From NCBI GenBank assembly GCA_049599475.1, contig JBMYOQ010000004.1, forward strand, positions 1-64,000: a stretch of 64,000 nucleotides of DNA. The letters are read 5' to 3'. How positions within the stretch are numbered: the first letter of the stretch is position 1; the number at the start of each line of letters is the position of its first letter. The notes below the pieces were generated by a model, which had not been told where the DNA came from, searched no databases, and saw only the letters and a program-made list of their open reading frames with translations. Position numbers and translations under genes: made by a program. Source of the stretch: Opitutales bacterium (GTDB taxonomy: Bacteria > Verrucomicrobiota > Verrucomicrobiia > Opitutales > JABSRG01). Below, in pieces: positions 18,165 through 29,000 of this stretch.

Positions 18165-20819
18165 TTACTTCGTGCGACCGAGTTGACCGCGCAGCTCCAT
18201 GATCTCTTGGTCTTGACCTACGATGTTTAAGCGCAGCTTTTCAATTTCGCGTTGAAGCTCACGCACATCGCTCGGGAGTTCGCTGGACCCGGAAGAACTG
18301 ATCACAAAGACCTGATTTTCGGAGGGCGACTTCGAGGATTTTTTGTATTCAGAATCAAATTTCATCGGCAAGGCTGCAGGCTTCGATTCAAAGGTGATCA
18401 CATCGGATTCCAAGCCGTTTGAGTGCGCCTTCACTGTAATCGTTCCCGGCTTGGTAGTCGCACGAATAAAGGCCGTGGCTGTTCCAAAGGAAGTCTTCAT
18501 GGGATTCGCGAAGGTCGAAGCATCGCCGATGATTTCTGCGGGGCCTTCCACTTCGAAAATGACATGTTCAGAAGCCAACACCTTGGGTGTTCCGTTTTGG
18601 TCAACGATGGTCGCGCGGACTGGGATGAAGTCTGATCCATCCGCCGTGAGGTCCATGCCCACACCTTGGGCTTCAAGTTGAATTCCGGTCGTGCGTTGCG
18701 CGTATGGTTTTTCCACGCGGACAACGACTTCACCGTCGATGATGCCTTCCGCAACTAGAATTGCCGGATCTAGATTCTTACCCAGTTTCTTAACATCCAA
18801 GAAACGGAAAGCGTTTTTGAAAGTGAACGGTGGGTGGGGGAGGCCCTTGTATCCAGAATCTGGTTTTTGTGGGCCGAATTCTTCGCCGAGCCAAGAGATG
18901 CGTACTTCATCACAATTGGAGAATACCACGATGTCGGAACCTGAGAGTTGCGTGAGCTCGTGCGCCACAAAGACCATCGGCTGTTTGCCGATTCCTGGAA
19001 TGTCATAATCGGGTGAATACTGGCTTTGATACAAATAGTAAGTATAGCGTGGAATACGGAAACTGTTGAGGTGTCCGCCGCGGAAAGGGTCAGGGTGATA
19101 GCCACGATGGTGATCAATTCCGCACCACATAGCGCCACCAATGCTGAATTTGGATTTCGCCCAGATGTTGTCGACAGTGTTTGCCTGGATGAGCGTTTGG
19201 CGGAGCATCGCATTCTCGCCCCATTCCATCTTCACGCGCTGGCGTGCATTTTGGGAATACCAATTGTCGACCTCGCTGCCGTCTCCGAATTCGCGGTTGA
19301 AGGCATTGTGATTGGGGTCTGTGCCGCGGAAGTGCATTTCAAAGCCGCCACGTTCGGCTTCATGCGGGTCGGCGATCGTGTAGAATCCAGGGAACGGATA
19401 TTCTGCATGGGCCGTTGCGTGCATTGTCTTAAGCGCGTAGTCAGGCTGAGTCTTGTGCTCGTTGATGACCGTTTCCCACATGACAACCGATGGGCGGTTG
19501 CGGTCGCGACGCACGAGGCGACGCGTATCGTCGAACAAACGTTCCTCGAAGATTTTATTTTTGAAGTTGAAGAAGTGCCAGCCGGGGTTTGCAGACGACG
19601 TGATGACTCCGAATTCATCGCACGCGTCGTAGAAAGCAGGATCCAGGGGATAGTGGGCCGCGCGGATAGCACGGCTGCCGCCTTGGCGCAGAATCTTCAC
19701 ATCGCGCCATTGGCCACTGTTTGGCAGGGCATTACCGACGTAGGCGTGGTCTTGGTGGCGGTTGACGCCGATGAACTTCGTAGGCGCCGGTTTCTTATTA
19801 ATAAAAAATCCTTCTGGCCCCTTCATCTCGTAGAGGCGGATACCAATACGGGTGCGCATGCTATCTAAGATTTGTCCTTTGTAGAGGACATCGGTGCGGA
19901 TGAAGTGAAGGTAGGGATCGTCCGGGTGCCAAAGGCGCACGTCGCGAGCTGTGAAGCGTTGAGCGAGCTGTTCGGTGCTACCAGCAGCTAAGGAAAAGGA
20001 GTCTTTTACCTGCAAGACTTCCTGCTTGTCGAAGTCTTCAAGGACAGTCCGGAGGGTTAATTGGAGCGGCTGCGTTGTTGTATTGGTAATTTCAGAACGC
20101 ACCTCCATATCGGCATCGTTGCCATTTACATCGAGTGTTCCGGCGAAAATGCCTCCGCCTGCGACGGTATCACTCATTTCCTCGAAAGTTACGTGGACCG
20201 GGCCAGTTTGGATGAGATAGACATCGCGGTAAATGCCGCCCATGTAGGTGAAGTCGAGGCGGTTCTGGGGTTGGCCAGGAGGGTAGAGTTTGCTGTCAGT
20301 ATTGTCAGCTTTTACGGATACAATATTGAGCGAACCATCTGCGTGAATGATCTCCGTGATATCTGCAACGAAGGGAAGGTAACCCCCGTAATTAGAAACG
20401 ACCTTTTGGCCATTTACCCAGACGTGGGACTCGCCCATGATGGATTCGAAATAAAGGAAGGTGCGTCCGCCGGTGACACTGGGAGTCGCCGAGAACTGCT
20501 TGCGATACCAGGCGGGGCCTTGGTAGTTGCGTCCGCCGCTCGCATTCTCGCCCAAGATTTCCAGGCCGTGTGGCAGGTTTGCTGACTCCCACGCAGAGTC
20601 GTCAAACTCGGGTTTCTCTGCGTTTGCAATATCGCCCTTGTAGAAACGCCAACCCGGGTTGAAATTGTAGACCTGACGCGGGCTGTCTTCGACGGGGAAG
20701 AATCCGGCACTTGAGAAGCTCTGCTCTGCTTGGACCAAGCCGATGAGCGTGAACTTTAAGAGGATAATTTTAAACAGTTGGGTCATGGGTGACATGGGTC
20801 GTTTTTTTGAAGTCCGCAA
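18165..20819 (-). CDS. GH2 glycoside hydrolase (beta-galactosidase-like), secreted
   Basis: FNPGWRF, NLPHG, WYRKQF, GGIYRDV, GVNRHQD, IRAAHYP, DRNRPSVVMWE; true start may be 20795 or 20786. Confidence 0.9.
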   Translation of the reverse strand: MRTSKKRPMSPMTQLFKIILLKFTLIGLVQAEQSFSSAGFFPVEDSPRQVYNFNPGWRFYKGDIANAEKPEFDDSAWESANLPHGLEILGENASGGRNYQGPAWYRKQFSATPSVTGGRTFLYFESIMGESHVWVNGQKVVSNYGGYLPFVADITEIIHADGSLNIVSVKADNTDSKLYPPGQPQNRLDFTYMGGIYRDVYLIQTGPVHVTFEEMSDTVAGGGIFAGTLDVNGNDADMEVRSEITNTTTQPLQLTLRTVLEDFDKQEVLQVKDSFSLAAGSTEQLAQRFTARDVRLWHPDDPYLHFIRTDVLYKGQILDSMRTRIGIRLYEMKGPEGFFINKKPAPTKFIGVNRHQDHAYVGNALPNSGQWRDVKILRQGGSRAIRAAHYPLDPAFYDACDEFGVITSSANPGWHFFNFKNKIFEERLFDDTRRLVRRDRNRPSVVMWETVINEHKTQPDYALKTMHATAHAEYPFPGFYTIADPHEAERGGFEMHFRGTDPNHNAFNREFGDGSEVDNWYSQNARQRVKMEWGENAMLRQTLIQANTVDNIWAKSKFSIGGAMWCGIDHHRGYHPDPFRGGHLNSFRIPRYTYYLYQSQYSPDYDIPGIGKQPMVFVAHELTQLSGSDIVVFSNCDEVRISWLGEEFGPQKPDSGYKGLPHPPFTFKNAFRFLDVKKLGKNLDPAILVAEGIIDGEVVVRVEKPYAQRTTGIQLEAQGVGMDLTADGSDFIPVRATIVDQNGTPKVLASEHVIFEVEGPAEIIGDASTFANPMKTSFGTATAFIRATTKPGTITVKAHSNGLESDVITFESKPAALPMKFDSEYKKSSKSPSENQVFVISSSGSSELPSDVRELQREIEKLRLNIVGQDQEIMELRGQLGRTK

Positions 20820-20824
20820 ATGCT

Positions 20825-20858
20825 AAAAAGAGCCGCTTCCCCAGCGGAAGTGGGCTTC
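20825..20858 (-). terminator. Terminator-like hairpin with T5 tract in the GH2 leader
   Basis: Minus strand GAAGCCCACTTCC-GCTGG-GGAAGCGGCTC-TTTTT. Confidence 0.5.
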
Positions 20859-20915
20859 TAAGGGATTCTGTTTGTTACAAACGATCGATTGAGGATCCGA
20901 TCAATTATCTCCTGC

Positions 20916-20960
20916 ATTATATCACCGCGACGGAGAGTTCTCCACTATACAGATGTATAG
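20916..20960 (-). promoter_or_regulatory. Activator-type promoter: 7-2-7 palindrome CTATACA-GA-TGTATAG + extended -10 TGaTATAAT
   Basis: Perfect palindrome 20945-20960; TATAAT on the minus strand at 20921-20916, 23 nt from the palindrome. Confidence 0.75.
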
Positions 20961-21005
20961 AAGGTTATGGACATTGTTTCAAAAGATGGGGTTGTAATCT
21001 ATTTC

Positions 21006-21093
21006 GGTAGCGCTCGCTCACCGAGCGAGCATGGGCGCGCCAGCCTTTGCGGCCAATGCCGAGTCATGCCGGATGCGGTGATCCGGCGCCACC
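21006..21093 (+). repeat. REP doublet, family C
   Basis: ggtagc-gctcgctcaccgagcgagc hairpin and inverted copy gccggatgcggtgatccggcgccacc. Confidence 0.7.
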
Positions 21094-21149
21094 AGGTTTG
21101 GGATAGCTTCTCCTTGGGCGTCGATGAGGATCAGGAATTCCGTATCCAG

Positions 21150-21782
21150 TTAAATAATACCCGCTCTCAGCGCTTTTGCGACAGCTCCTGTTTGCGATTG
21201 GACGTTTAGTTTCTGATAAATGTTACCCAGATGAAAGGCTGCTGTTGCGCGGCTGATGCCGAGCTCTGCAGCGATTTCCTTTACGGCGAGACCGTCCGAG
21301 AGGTGTTCCAATACTTCGATCTCGCGATCGGACAGATTGAAGTCGTTGCTCGCGGGTTTGCGTACCTCGTCCAATACCAGTTTTGCAATGGCGGGGCTGA
21401 GGGCGGCACCCCCGAGAAATACCTGGCGGAGCCCGTTGACGATCTCGAGGATAGTCGCAGTTTTCAAGAGGTAGCCAGAAGCCCCGGCGTCGAGCGCATC
21501 AAGGACTTTTGCTTTTTCCTCAACGACTGTCAGCGCGACGATGGTGGCATCTTGAGAGATGGCCTTTAGTTGGCGGATACCCTCGACGCCACTCATCTGC
21601 GGCAGGCCGAGGTCCATCAAAATAATGTCTGGACGTTTGTCGGTTTTGAATGCCTCCAACAGTTCGATGCAGGAGGGGAATACGCGCTCGCAGGTGATTT
21701 TTTCCTCACGGTTCAGGGAGCGTTCTAGGTTGCGGCGGTATCCGGAGTCGTCTTCGACGAGCCAAAGGTTTATCGGGATCAT
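21150..21782 (-). CDS. NarL/LuxR-family DNA-binding response regulator
   Basis: LVEDD, LMDLGLP, GASGYLLK, LSDREIEVL, KEIAAELGIS, IYQKLNV. Confidence 0.95.
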   Translation of the reverse strand: MIPINLWLVEDDSGYRRNLERSLNREEKITCERVFPSCIELLEAFKTDKRPDIILMDLGLPQMSGVEGIRQLKAISQDATIVALTVVEEKAKVLDALDAGASGYLLKTATILEIVNGLRQVFLGGAALSPAIAKLVLDEVRKPASNDFNLSDREIEVLEHLSDGLAVKEIAAELGISRATAAFHLGNIYQKLNVQSQTGAVAKALRAGII

Positions 21783-21784
21783 AA

Positions 21785-23848
21785 TTAATTCGATGTCATG
21801 TAATTGTGCTGTGTATTGCTTTCTAAAATACGTGTGCTAAGGCGCAGGATGATTTGTGTACCTTGCTTGGGGCCGGTGTTGAGCACAAGCGATCCGCCCA
21901 GCTCTTCCGCGCGTTGGTGCATGCTAGCTACGCCCCAACCGCCAGAGACTGTCTCTTTATCGAAGCCGACACCATTGTCTCGAAAATCTATGACAAACTC
22001 ATCTTCTTCGATGCGAATGCTTAGGTGCACTTCGGTGGCTTTGGAGTGTCGGGCGCAATTGTGCACGATTTCCTTAAAGAGCATCAGGAGGTGGCGTTTC
22101 GCAGAGAGAGGAATGATACTTTTGGGAAATTTGGCGTCACGCTGGAGGTTGACCTCCATGCCAACCAATACGCGCTTGGCCCGCTCCATCAGTTTATCCA
22201 CCAGGTCCTCCATGTAGATCGTAGAACGATCGGTCATCCATATGACATCACGCATCGAGGCCGAGGCCTCTCGCGACAGGAGGGTGAGGTCCTGTAAATC
22301 CTCTTGAATTATGGGGTCGGTGGCATCGGATTGGATGCGATCCGCCATCAGTGAAATGCTTCCAAGATTACTGCCTACTTCGTCGTGCAGATCCCGCGCG
22401 ATGCTCAGTCGCAGGCGCTTGATCGCTGCACGCTTGGATTGAATCTGGAAAATGACTATGCCCACCACGGTGCACAGAACAATGGTGATACCTGCGACGA
22501 TGCTTATCCTCCAGAAACCGCTCCAGCGCTCGGTATAGGTCTGATGCTGGGTCTTTAGCTCGGTGAGTTCTTTCTCAATGGGTTTCGCAGCGGCGAGCCC
22601 TCTGAGCCATTGCTCCATGATCATTACAGGAGATCCGCTGGCTATGGAATCATTGAGGCTGCTGGTATCTGTTTCGATGGGCACGCCGTTCATCTTAATC
22701 AAAATCGGGCGATCAACCCGGTCGATGACGCCTCTGCGCTCCACCATGATTTCTCCCATGGCGAAGTTGGCCTCATTTTGATAGTTGGGAAATTGGCTGA
22801 AGCGCAGACGGAGCCAGCGGGCCTGGGCCCCTTTCCATGGCAGTCTTAGAATATTTTGGCCCGGGTTTCTCAGGACTCGATCGGGGTGTATGGGGAGTAT
22901 TTTGCCGTAGCCTCCCGACTCATCCTCTGTGATCAGTTGGACCCCTACGTTCCAAGGGAATCCGAAGCCGGGCACCCGCACGCCATTAGCAAACTGCGCA
23001 GGGTAAAAATTGATCCAGCCGTCGCGCTTGTGTTCACCGAAATCGAGCTCGACGGTGATTTCGTCATCCTCCGAAATGTTTTCCAGGGGAAGGTTGAATT
23101 CGGATGCATTCTGTACGCCGGTGGAGAGCGGCATCCCCAGCGAAGAACGCTTGTCTCGAAGATATTCGACGCTCCAATAGGGCAGGACCTCGAAGCTCGA
23201 GCTCGCGCTGGCTTCGGTGATGAGCTGTGCCTCTCCATTGCGAATGCAATAGACGCGGGCTAGGGAGAAAAATTCTAGATCATTCTCGACGGTGCCTTGG
23301 TAGACTTCGAGGCGGACGCGAATGCCGGCATGAGTGGGGATGTCGAAAAAGACGGGACGGGCACCCGGATCCGGGAAATCTTGGTCTTTCCAGTCAACGA
23401 GAAGGCGATCGGTGCCTTTTTTAGTTTTCCCGTAGAGGCGAAATCGTTTCGGGAAACCGTAGCCCTCGAAGCGATTGCCACGGCGGTCGACAGAGGGGAC
23501 CATGGCGAAATTTACGCTGCCGCCGACCCACTTGGTCTCGAATTCCAGCGACCATCGAGGCTCCTCGCTCGCCGTATCGAGGACTGGCAGGTAATCGCTG
23601 TGGTAGCCAAAGGCATCGAACTGGCTCGAATTCTGAAGCTCCGGGAGTGCCGCGAGCTCTGCTTCTTTCTCTTGGATCGCTTGCTCTAGAGCCTCCAGCT
23701 TGCTGGGTATCTCGAAAAGAGATGCGCTTCTAGGCTCCGTTTCTACGGTATTGCTTGGAGACAGCGGATCCGAGTAGGTCTCAAAGCTCGCGTGTGCGCC
23801 CCTGCAGATTGTGCAAAGGATAAGAAAAACATGGAAGGGGCGCTGCAT
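21785..23848 (-). CDS. Sensor histidine kinase (HisKA_3) with a large periplasmic beta-rich domain
   Basis: Signal peptide, TM before IARDLHDEVGSNL, KEIVHNCARHS, DNGVGFD, GWGVASM. Confidence 0.92.
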   Translation of the reverse strand: MQRPFHVFLILCTICRGAHASFETYSDPLSPSNTVETEPRSASLFEIPSKLEALEQAIQEKEAELAALPELQNSSQFDAFGYHSDYLPVLDTASEEPRWSLEFETKWVGGSVNFAMVPSVDRRGNRFEGYGFPKRFRLYGKTKKGTDRLLVDWKDQDFPDPGARPVFFDIPTHAGIRVRLEVYQGTVENDLEFFSLARVYCIRNGEAQLITEASASSSFEVLPYWSVEYLRDKRSSLGMPLSTGVQNASEFNLPLENISEDDEITVELDFGEHKRDGWINFYPAQFANGVRVPGFGFPWNVGVQLITEDESGGYGKILPIHPDRVLRNPGQNILRLPWKGAQARWLRLRFSQFPNYQNEANFAMGEIMVERRGVIDRVDRPILIKMNGVPIETDTSSLNDSIASGSPVMIMEQWLRGLAAAKPIEKELTELKTQHQTYTERWSGFWRISIVAGITIVLCTVVGIVIFQIQSKRAAIKRLRLSIARDLHDEVGSNLGSISLMADRIQSDATDPIIQEDLQDLTLLSREASASMRDVIWMTDRSTIYMEDLVDKLMERAKRVLVGMEVNLQRDAKFPKSIIPLSAKRHLLMLFKEIVHNCARHSKATEVHLSIRIEEDEFVIDFRDNGVGFDKETVSGGWGVASMHQRAEELGGSLVLNTGPKQGTQIILRLSTRILESNTQHNYMTSN

Positions 23849-24052
23849 ACGGATATGTTTCGGGGGCTTCGGAACCCGATTAAAATTCGGGTGATAATCC
23901 CTTATCTTTAATCGAATGGGAGCCCGGGGACTAGGGATGGGACGTGGGAAGTGTTGGGAGCCGTGAGTGGTCGGAAAATTCGGCTGGATCTCAGTGATTA
24001 TCTGGTATGAAAGCGCGACCTATAGGATAGTCTATAGGGGGTTTATAATGAA

Positions 24053-24097
24053 CTAGTTACGTGACTAGTTCTGGAGAGCCGTGAGTCCTGTTATCCT
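24053..24097 (+). promoter_or_regulatory. Activator-type promoter: palindrome CTAGTTA-CG-TGACTAG + extended -10 TGtTATCCT
   Basis: Palindrome 24053-24068; TATCCT at 24092-24097 (23-nt spacer); a second palindrome cctataggatagtctatagg at 24019-24038. Confidence 0.7.
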
Positions 24098-24179
24098 ATG
24101 GGGCCATCACCATGGAGATGCACGAACCCCCAAAACTGGCCGCAGCGCCGGCTCCTGGAGTGATGACAAGGTTCACATT

Positions 24180-25997
24180 ATGAAGCCATACGCTACCGTT
24201 CTAGCAGTCTTAAGCCTTACTCTCTCCTCCGCGTTTGCGCGCGTTATCGATGTCTCAGAGCATGGGATCGTCCCCGAGAAAGACGCCACTTTGGCCCTTC
24301 AGCGCCTCTTGGCCACGGTCGAAGAGGAGGCGGGCGTTACCCTGAAATTTCCGAAAGGCACCTATGTCTTTCATCCTGAGAATGCACTGGAATACCACCG
24401 CGCCGTCTCGAATCACGATAATGGGCTGAAGCGCGTGATTTTTCCGCTCTTTGGCTATGAAGACATCACCATCGATGGCGGTGACTCGCTCTTTATGTTT
24501 CACGGAGTGGTAAGCCCGTTCGTGGTCGATGGCACCGAGGGCGCAATTCTCAAAAACTTCACTGTGGATTGGACGCGCTCATTCCACGATGAGCTCCCCG
24601 TGGTAGCTAGCGATCCCGAAGCAGGGACTTTCACGGTGAAGATTGATCCGGAGCAATACCCCTACGTCTTCAAACACGGCCAACTCTACTCGGATAAGGG
24701 CAAGGGGTGGCTCGATCGCTGGGGCATGAACATCACTTTCGACCCGAAAACCCGCGCCCCCATTTACAACACTTGGGACTACACGATGAACACCAATCGC
24801 CCATATACTGCGAAGCGGGTGGGCGAGGACACCTTTCAAATTGCGGCCAAATTCCGCAAATCTCCGCCGCCCGTGGGGAGTGTCTTCATATCTTATGGAA
24901 ACAATCCTACGAGCCGCTTGAGCCCCGCTATCCATTTGGCGAATGCCAAGGATGTCCGGATCGAGCATGTGGTGATTATGGCTGCAGGCGGCATGGGCGT
25001 GATCGCAGAGCGCACCGAGAACGTGACGATCGATCATTATAAGCTGACTTCAAGCGATGAACGCCTGGTCGCCACCCGCGCGGATGCCACACACTTCATC
25101 GGCTGCAAGGGGGAGATCCGCGTGGAGAACTCGCTCTTTGAGCACATGCTCGACGACGCTATCAATGTGCACGGGGCCTATGTCAAAATTGTCGAACCGC
25201 TCGAGCCTAAGACCTTTATCTGCGAGATTAGCCACTTCCAGCAATGGGGCCTCACATTTGCGGAGGCAGGCGATCGCGTAGCTCTCCTGTCGCGCGAGAC
25301 AATTTTACCGTTTTTCGAGACAGAAGTGACTGCAGTTCAAAAACTGAATGAACACCGCTTCTTAGTGACACTTGCGGATGTCCCGGAAGCCCTGCCCGAG
25401 GGACCGTTATCCATGGAAAACCTCAGCTGGTATCCCGATGTCGTCTTTCGCAACAACATCATTCGCGAGAATCGAGCCCGTGGGCTTCTCCTCACGTCAA
25501 AGGGCAAAATTCTGATCGAGGACAACTATATCTCCTCCCAGATGCATGGAATCCTTATCGAAGGGGATAACAACAAGTGGTATGAATCTGGGGCAGTCGA
25601 AGATGTCATTATCCGCGGCAACACCTTTGTGAATGTGGGCTTCGACGGCGGCAAAACCTATCCACTCTATGCCTCGCCCTTGCTCAACGATACCCAGAGC
25701 ATGGATGAGGGGCATTATCACCGGAATATCCGTTTCACCGGCAATACCATCAAAAGCTTCAATGGGCATATCGCCTTTGCGAGCTCAGTGACCGGTTTGG
25801 AGATTTCAAACAACGAAATCGAGTTCAGCACAGACTATCCCAAGCTGCGCGAGCACCCCGCAATCGTGCTCGAATACACCGATTCCGTGAAAATCGAGCG
25901 CAACCGGGCCCTCGGCTTCGAAAAAACACTCTTCATCGAAGCTTCCAAGGACTCGACCGCGGTCCACGTAGATAAGAACAGCGGACTGCTTTTTTAG
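24180..25997 (+). CDS. GH110 alpha-1,3-galactosidase (parallel beta-helix)
   Basis: Likely start MKPYATV at 24180 with signal peptide; LKFPKGTY, SNHDNGLKR, ADATHF, MLDDAINVHG, RENRARG, WYESG. Confidence 0.9.
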   Translation: MKPYATVLAVLSLTLSSAFARVIDVSEHGIVPEKDATLALQRLLATVEEEAGVTLKFPKGTYVFHPENALEYHRAVSNHDNGLKRVIFPLFGYEDITIDGGDSLFMFHGVVSPFVVDGTEGAILKNFTVDWTRSFHDELPVVASDPEAGTFTVKIDPEQYPYVFKHGQLYSDKGKGWLDRWGMNITFDPKTRAPIYNTWDYTMNTNRPYTAKRVGEDTFQIAAKFRKSPPPVGSVFISYGNNPTSRLSPAIHLANAKDVRIEHVVIMAAGGMGVIAERTENVTIDHYKLTSSDERLVATRADATHFIGCKGEIRVENSLFEHMLDDAINVHGAYVKIVEPLEPKTFICEISHFQQWGLTFAEAGDRVALLSRETILPFFETEVTAVQKLNEHRFLVTLADVPEALPEGPLSMENLSWYPDVVFRNNIIRENRARGLLLTSKGKILIEDNYISSQMHGILIEGDNNKWYESGAVEDVIIRGNTFVNVGFDGGKTYPLYASPLLNDTQSMDEGHYHRNIRFTGNTIKSFNGHIAFASSVTGLEISNNEIEFSTDYPKLREHPAIVLEYTDSVKIERNRALGFEKTLFIEASKDSTAVHVDKNSGLLF

Positions 25998-26057
25998 ACC
26001 TCTCTTTTTTCATTCAGCCCCCACTGAGCCGACTATAGCCCCATACCGCTTAGACTA

Positions 26058-29000
26058 ATGATAAAGCCCCACAACCCAAACATGCAGCCCTCTCGACCCC
26101 AGGAGGGTTTTGCGCTGATCATAGCCTTGTCGCTAGTCAGCTTTCTCCTGGTGATCATTGTGACAATGACTGCGACCGTGGTGGTTGAGAAGAAAGGGGG
26201 AGATGCGAATGTGGGTGAAATGCAGGCGCGTCAGCACGCGAAGGTGGCAGCAGTTGTAGCTCTGGGAGATTTGCAGAAATATGTAGGAGTGGACCAGCGG
26301 GTGACCGCTCGCGGCGACATTCTTTACGATCCCGATTCAAGTCCGATACAGGGGCAGGCTCATTGGACGGGGGTTTGGTCGAGCAAATTGGACCCTTCGG
26401 GCAACCCGTTGAATGATTCCGTTGATTCGGATCTGGGATTGGATAATCACACCCCGCATTGGCTTGTGAGCGGTGAGACCCCTAGTTTTTCTCCCGATGC
26501 ACAGGTAGCAGTCGCTGTAGCGGACTCAATAGAGATTGCCAGTTTGGGTAACTCTGTGGAGCTGATCGATGACCATGTGCGGGTCCCAATCGTGGATATT
26601 CTCGATGAGAACAATGACGAAGTAGGTGCATACGCCTTTTGGGTTTCCGATGAAGGTGTCAAAGCGCGGGTGAATCTGAGCGATCAATTCCACCCGGATG
26701 TTAGCACGGATCCGTTTGCAGACTTTTACAGGTTGGCCATACCGCAACAAGCAGATCCCACAGTGGCGACAATCGATCGTTCAGGTAGTCTCGAACGCCC
26801 GTTTTTGATGTCTGCGTTTTCGGGTGAATCGGGCTGGAAGGATACGACCTCTCGAGTCTCACGTATCCTGGGTGAAGAGCAGTTGGCATTGCTAAGCGAT
26901 GAGATGGATAAAGAGCGTATACAGCGGGAGTTCTTCCATGATTTTTCGACAAGCTCTGTGTCGCTTCTTACGAATACGCGTGACGGCGGATTCAAGCGCG
27001 ACCTGTCGACCGCACTGTTGAGCCTTCCATCTGATATGGCGAACAAGTTGATGTTTCCCTCATCTGACGGTATAGATGATTATGGCTCGTCTGGCACCCA
27101 GCCGGGAGATCCAGGTGGACCAGCCTGGGACCAGCTATCTGATTACTACAAATACTCGCTCCAGAATATGGCTCTGGCGGGAACCAACACCGCCTTGAAC
27201 TTTCGTCGCCCTACGAACCTTCAAGCGGGATTTGCTCCGGTAGTTGTGCGGTTCCACATCGTCGAGCAGACTTTCGCTCGCCTGGCGGGGGCCGATTCGA
27301 CAGATGCTCTGGATTACGAATACGTATCGGGGACCTTTCCTCTAATCACACTTTGGAATCCATATGATCGTGATATGACGCTCCCAGAACTGGGACTAAA
27401 TATTTCGGCATCAGAATGGCGGGTTTTTCATGTGGACCCGAATAATGTGACTTCGAGCGGAATTCAGGATATTTGTAATGGAATCATTATCACAAAGAAT
27501 TTTTCGAGTGATGGGGCCGTAAAGACTACAGAGGGCGGTGGGTCGAACGAACAGCTGCGCTTCCTGACTTTGGAGAGCGTGACTATTCCCGCTGGAGAAG
27601 CAGTCAATTTCACACCACCGAATAATTCTTACTGGGGCTCTGGTGCTGATGATAATATGCTCAAAGCCGGTAGCTCTGGGACAGAAATTCGAGGATTCTT
27701 CAGCACCTGGAAGGGCACTGATAGTAGCTTGGCCGGGGGCACGTATTTGATGTTCGATTCAGTTTCGGGTCTATCGAATGTCCGTTCATCAAATAGCACG
27801 AATGCCATCAGTGGGTCCTCATATCCGCGTAATAATTTCTATGTTGCCTTGATGACTGAGCCGGAGAAAGGGAGCACTGCTTCTTTCGATAAACGCTTTC
27901 AATTCCATAATTTTGGTGGTGTAGTACAGCCTTACAACTATTTACCTAGAGTCGTCGCTGTGGGCACGCCGTCTAGCCCGATTTCTTCGCTGACTATCGA
28001 TTCACCTGGCTCAAGCAGGAATGCTGCGTCAGCGTCGCCATCACCCGTATATGTGGATGATCTCCAGGATCATACATACGATCCTTCTGCAGCGAATTAT
28101 TCGGGATATTTCTTTGGGCAAACGTGGATTATGAATTTTGGCGGAGCGAACCCCGCTCCGCGCGATGTCACGTGGCAAAACCCTAATTTGCTGAGTCAGT
28201 TCAATATTAGATCCTCCTTTGTGCTTCCGTCGATGCAGCATCGTGTGAATTACAATTCTGCTTTCGAATACGATTATCTGACTTTTCATTACGGAGAAGA
28301 GAGTCCGATTTCATCGAATCGGCATCTGAATTACATGGAGGGGACCGATGATATTAGTCGCAATGGAAATGCATACGTGGGCTGGGGGCACGCTTCCACT
28401 GTTGGTAATGAAAAGATGATACTTTTCGAGTCACCCGTGAATCCAGTCTTGAGCATTGGCCAATTATCCAATGCGAATTTGGAAAATATTGAGTCTCTGA
28501 GTCACCATGTTCGAGGTAGTCATGAGCGGAACCAGCAAGGGGGCGTATTATCACCTAGTTATCCCATCGGAAACTCGTATGCGAATATTCATCTCCCTTT
28601 GTATGAGACGCGCATGAATGTGCAGGATGCTAATTTTTTTGGTGATATAGGGCAGACCAAAAGTTTTAAGCCACTTTCAGGCACAGCTCCACATCGAGGT
28701 GGAATCTATGATTTCTCATATGAACTTAATCAGGCTCTTTGGGATACCTTTTATTTTTCGACGATGTTGCCAGCTAATGCTACGGACTCGACGATTGATC
28801 CTAATGCCATAAACTTTCCATTACCAAACTCGCGGATGCGTCTCGCCGATGGCGCGGTTAATTGGAGTGATTTGGCCATTGAAAATCGATCAGCAGCTCA
28901 GCTTTTGTTGGATGGGGGATTCAATATAAATTCGACCTCTGTCGTCGCGTGGGAAGCAATGTTGGGAGCTCTTAGAGATGTGGATACCTTGGGCTTAGAT

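Noticed and set aside
19026..19868. 280-aa ORF on the plus strand
   Set aside because: Antisense shadow of the GH2 gene with no recognisable motifs; the same applies to the many shorter overlapping ORFs
20858..20917. 19-aa leader peptide MQEIIDRILNRSFVTNRIP on the minus strand
   Set aside because: Its ATG overlaps the predicted -10 box, so it would not be in the transcript
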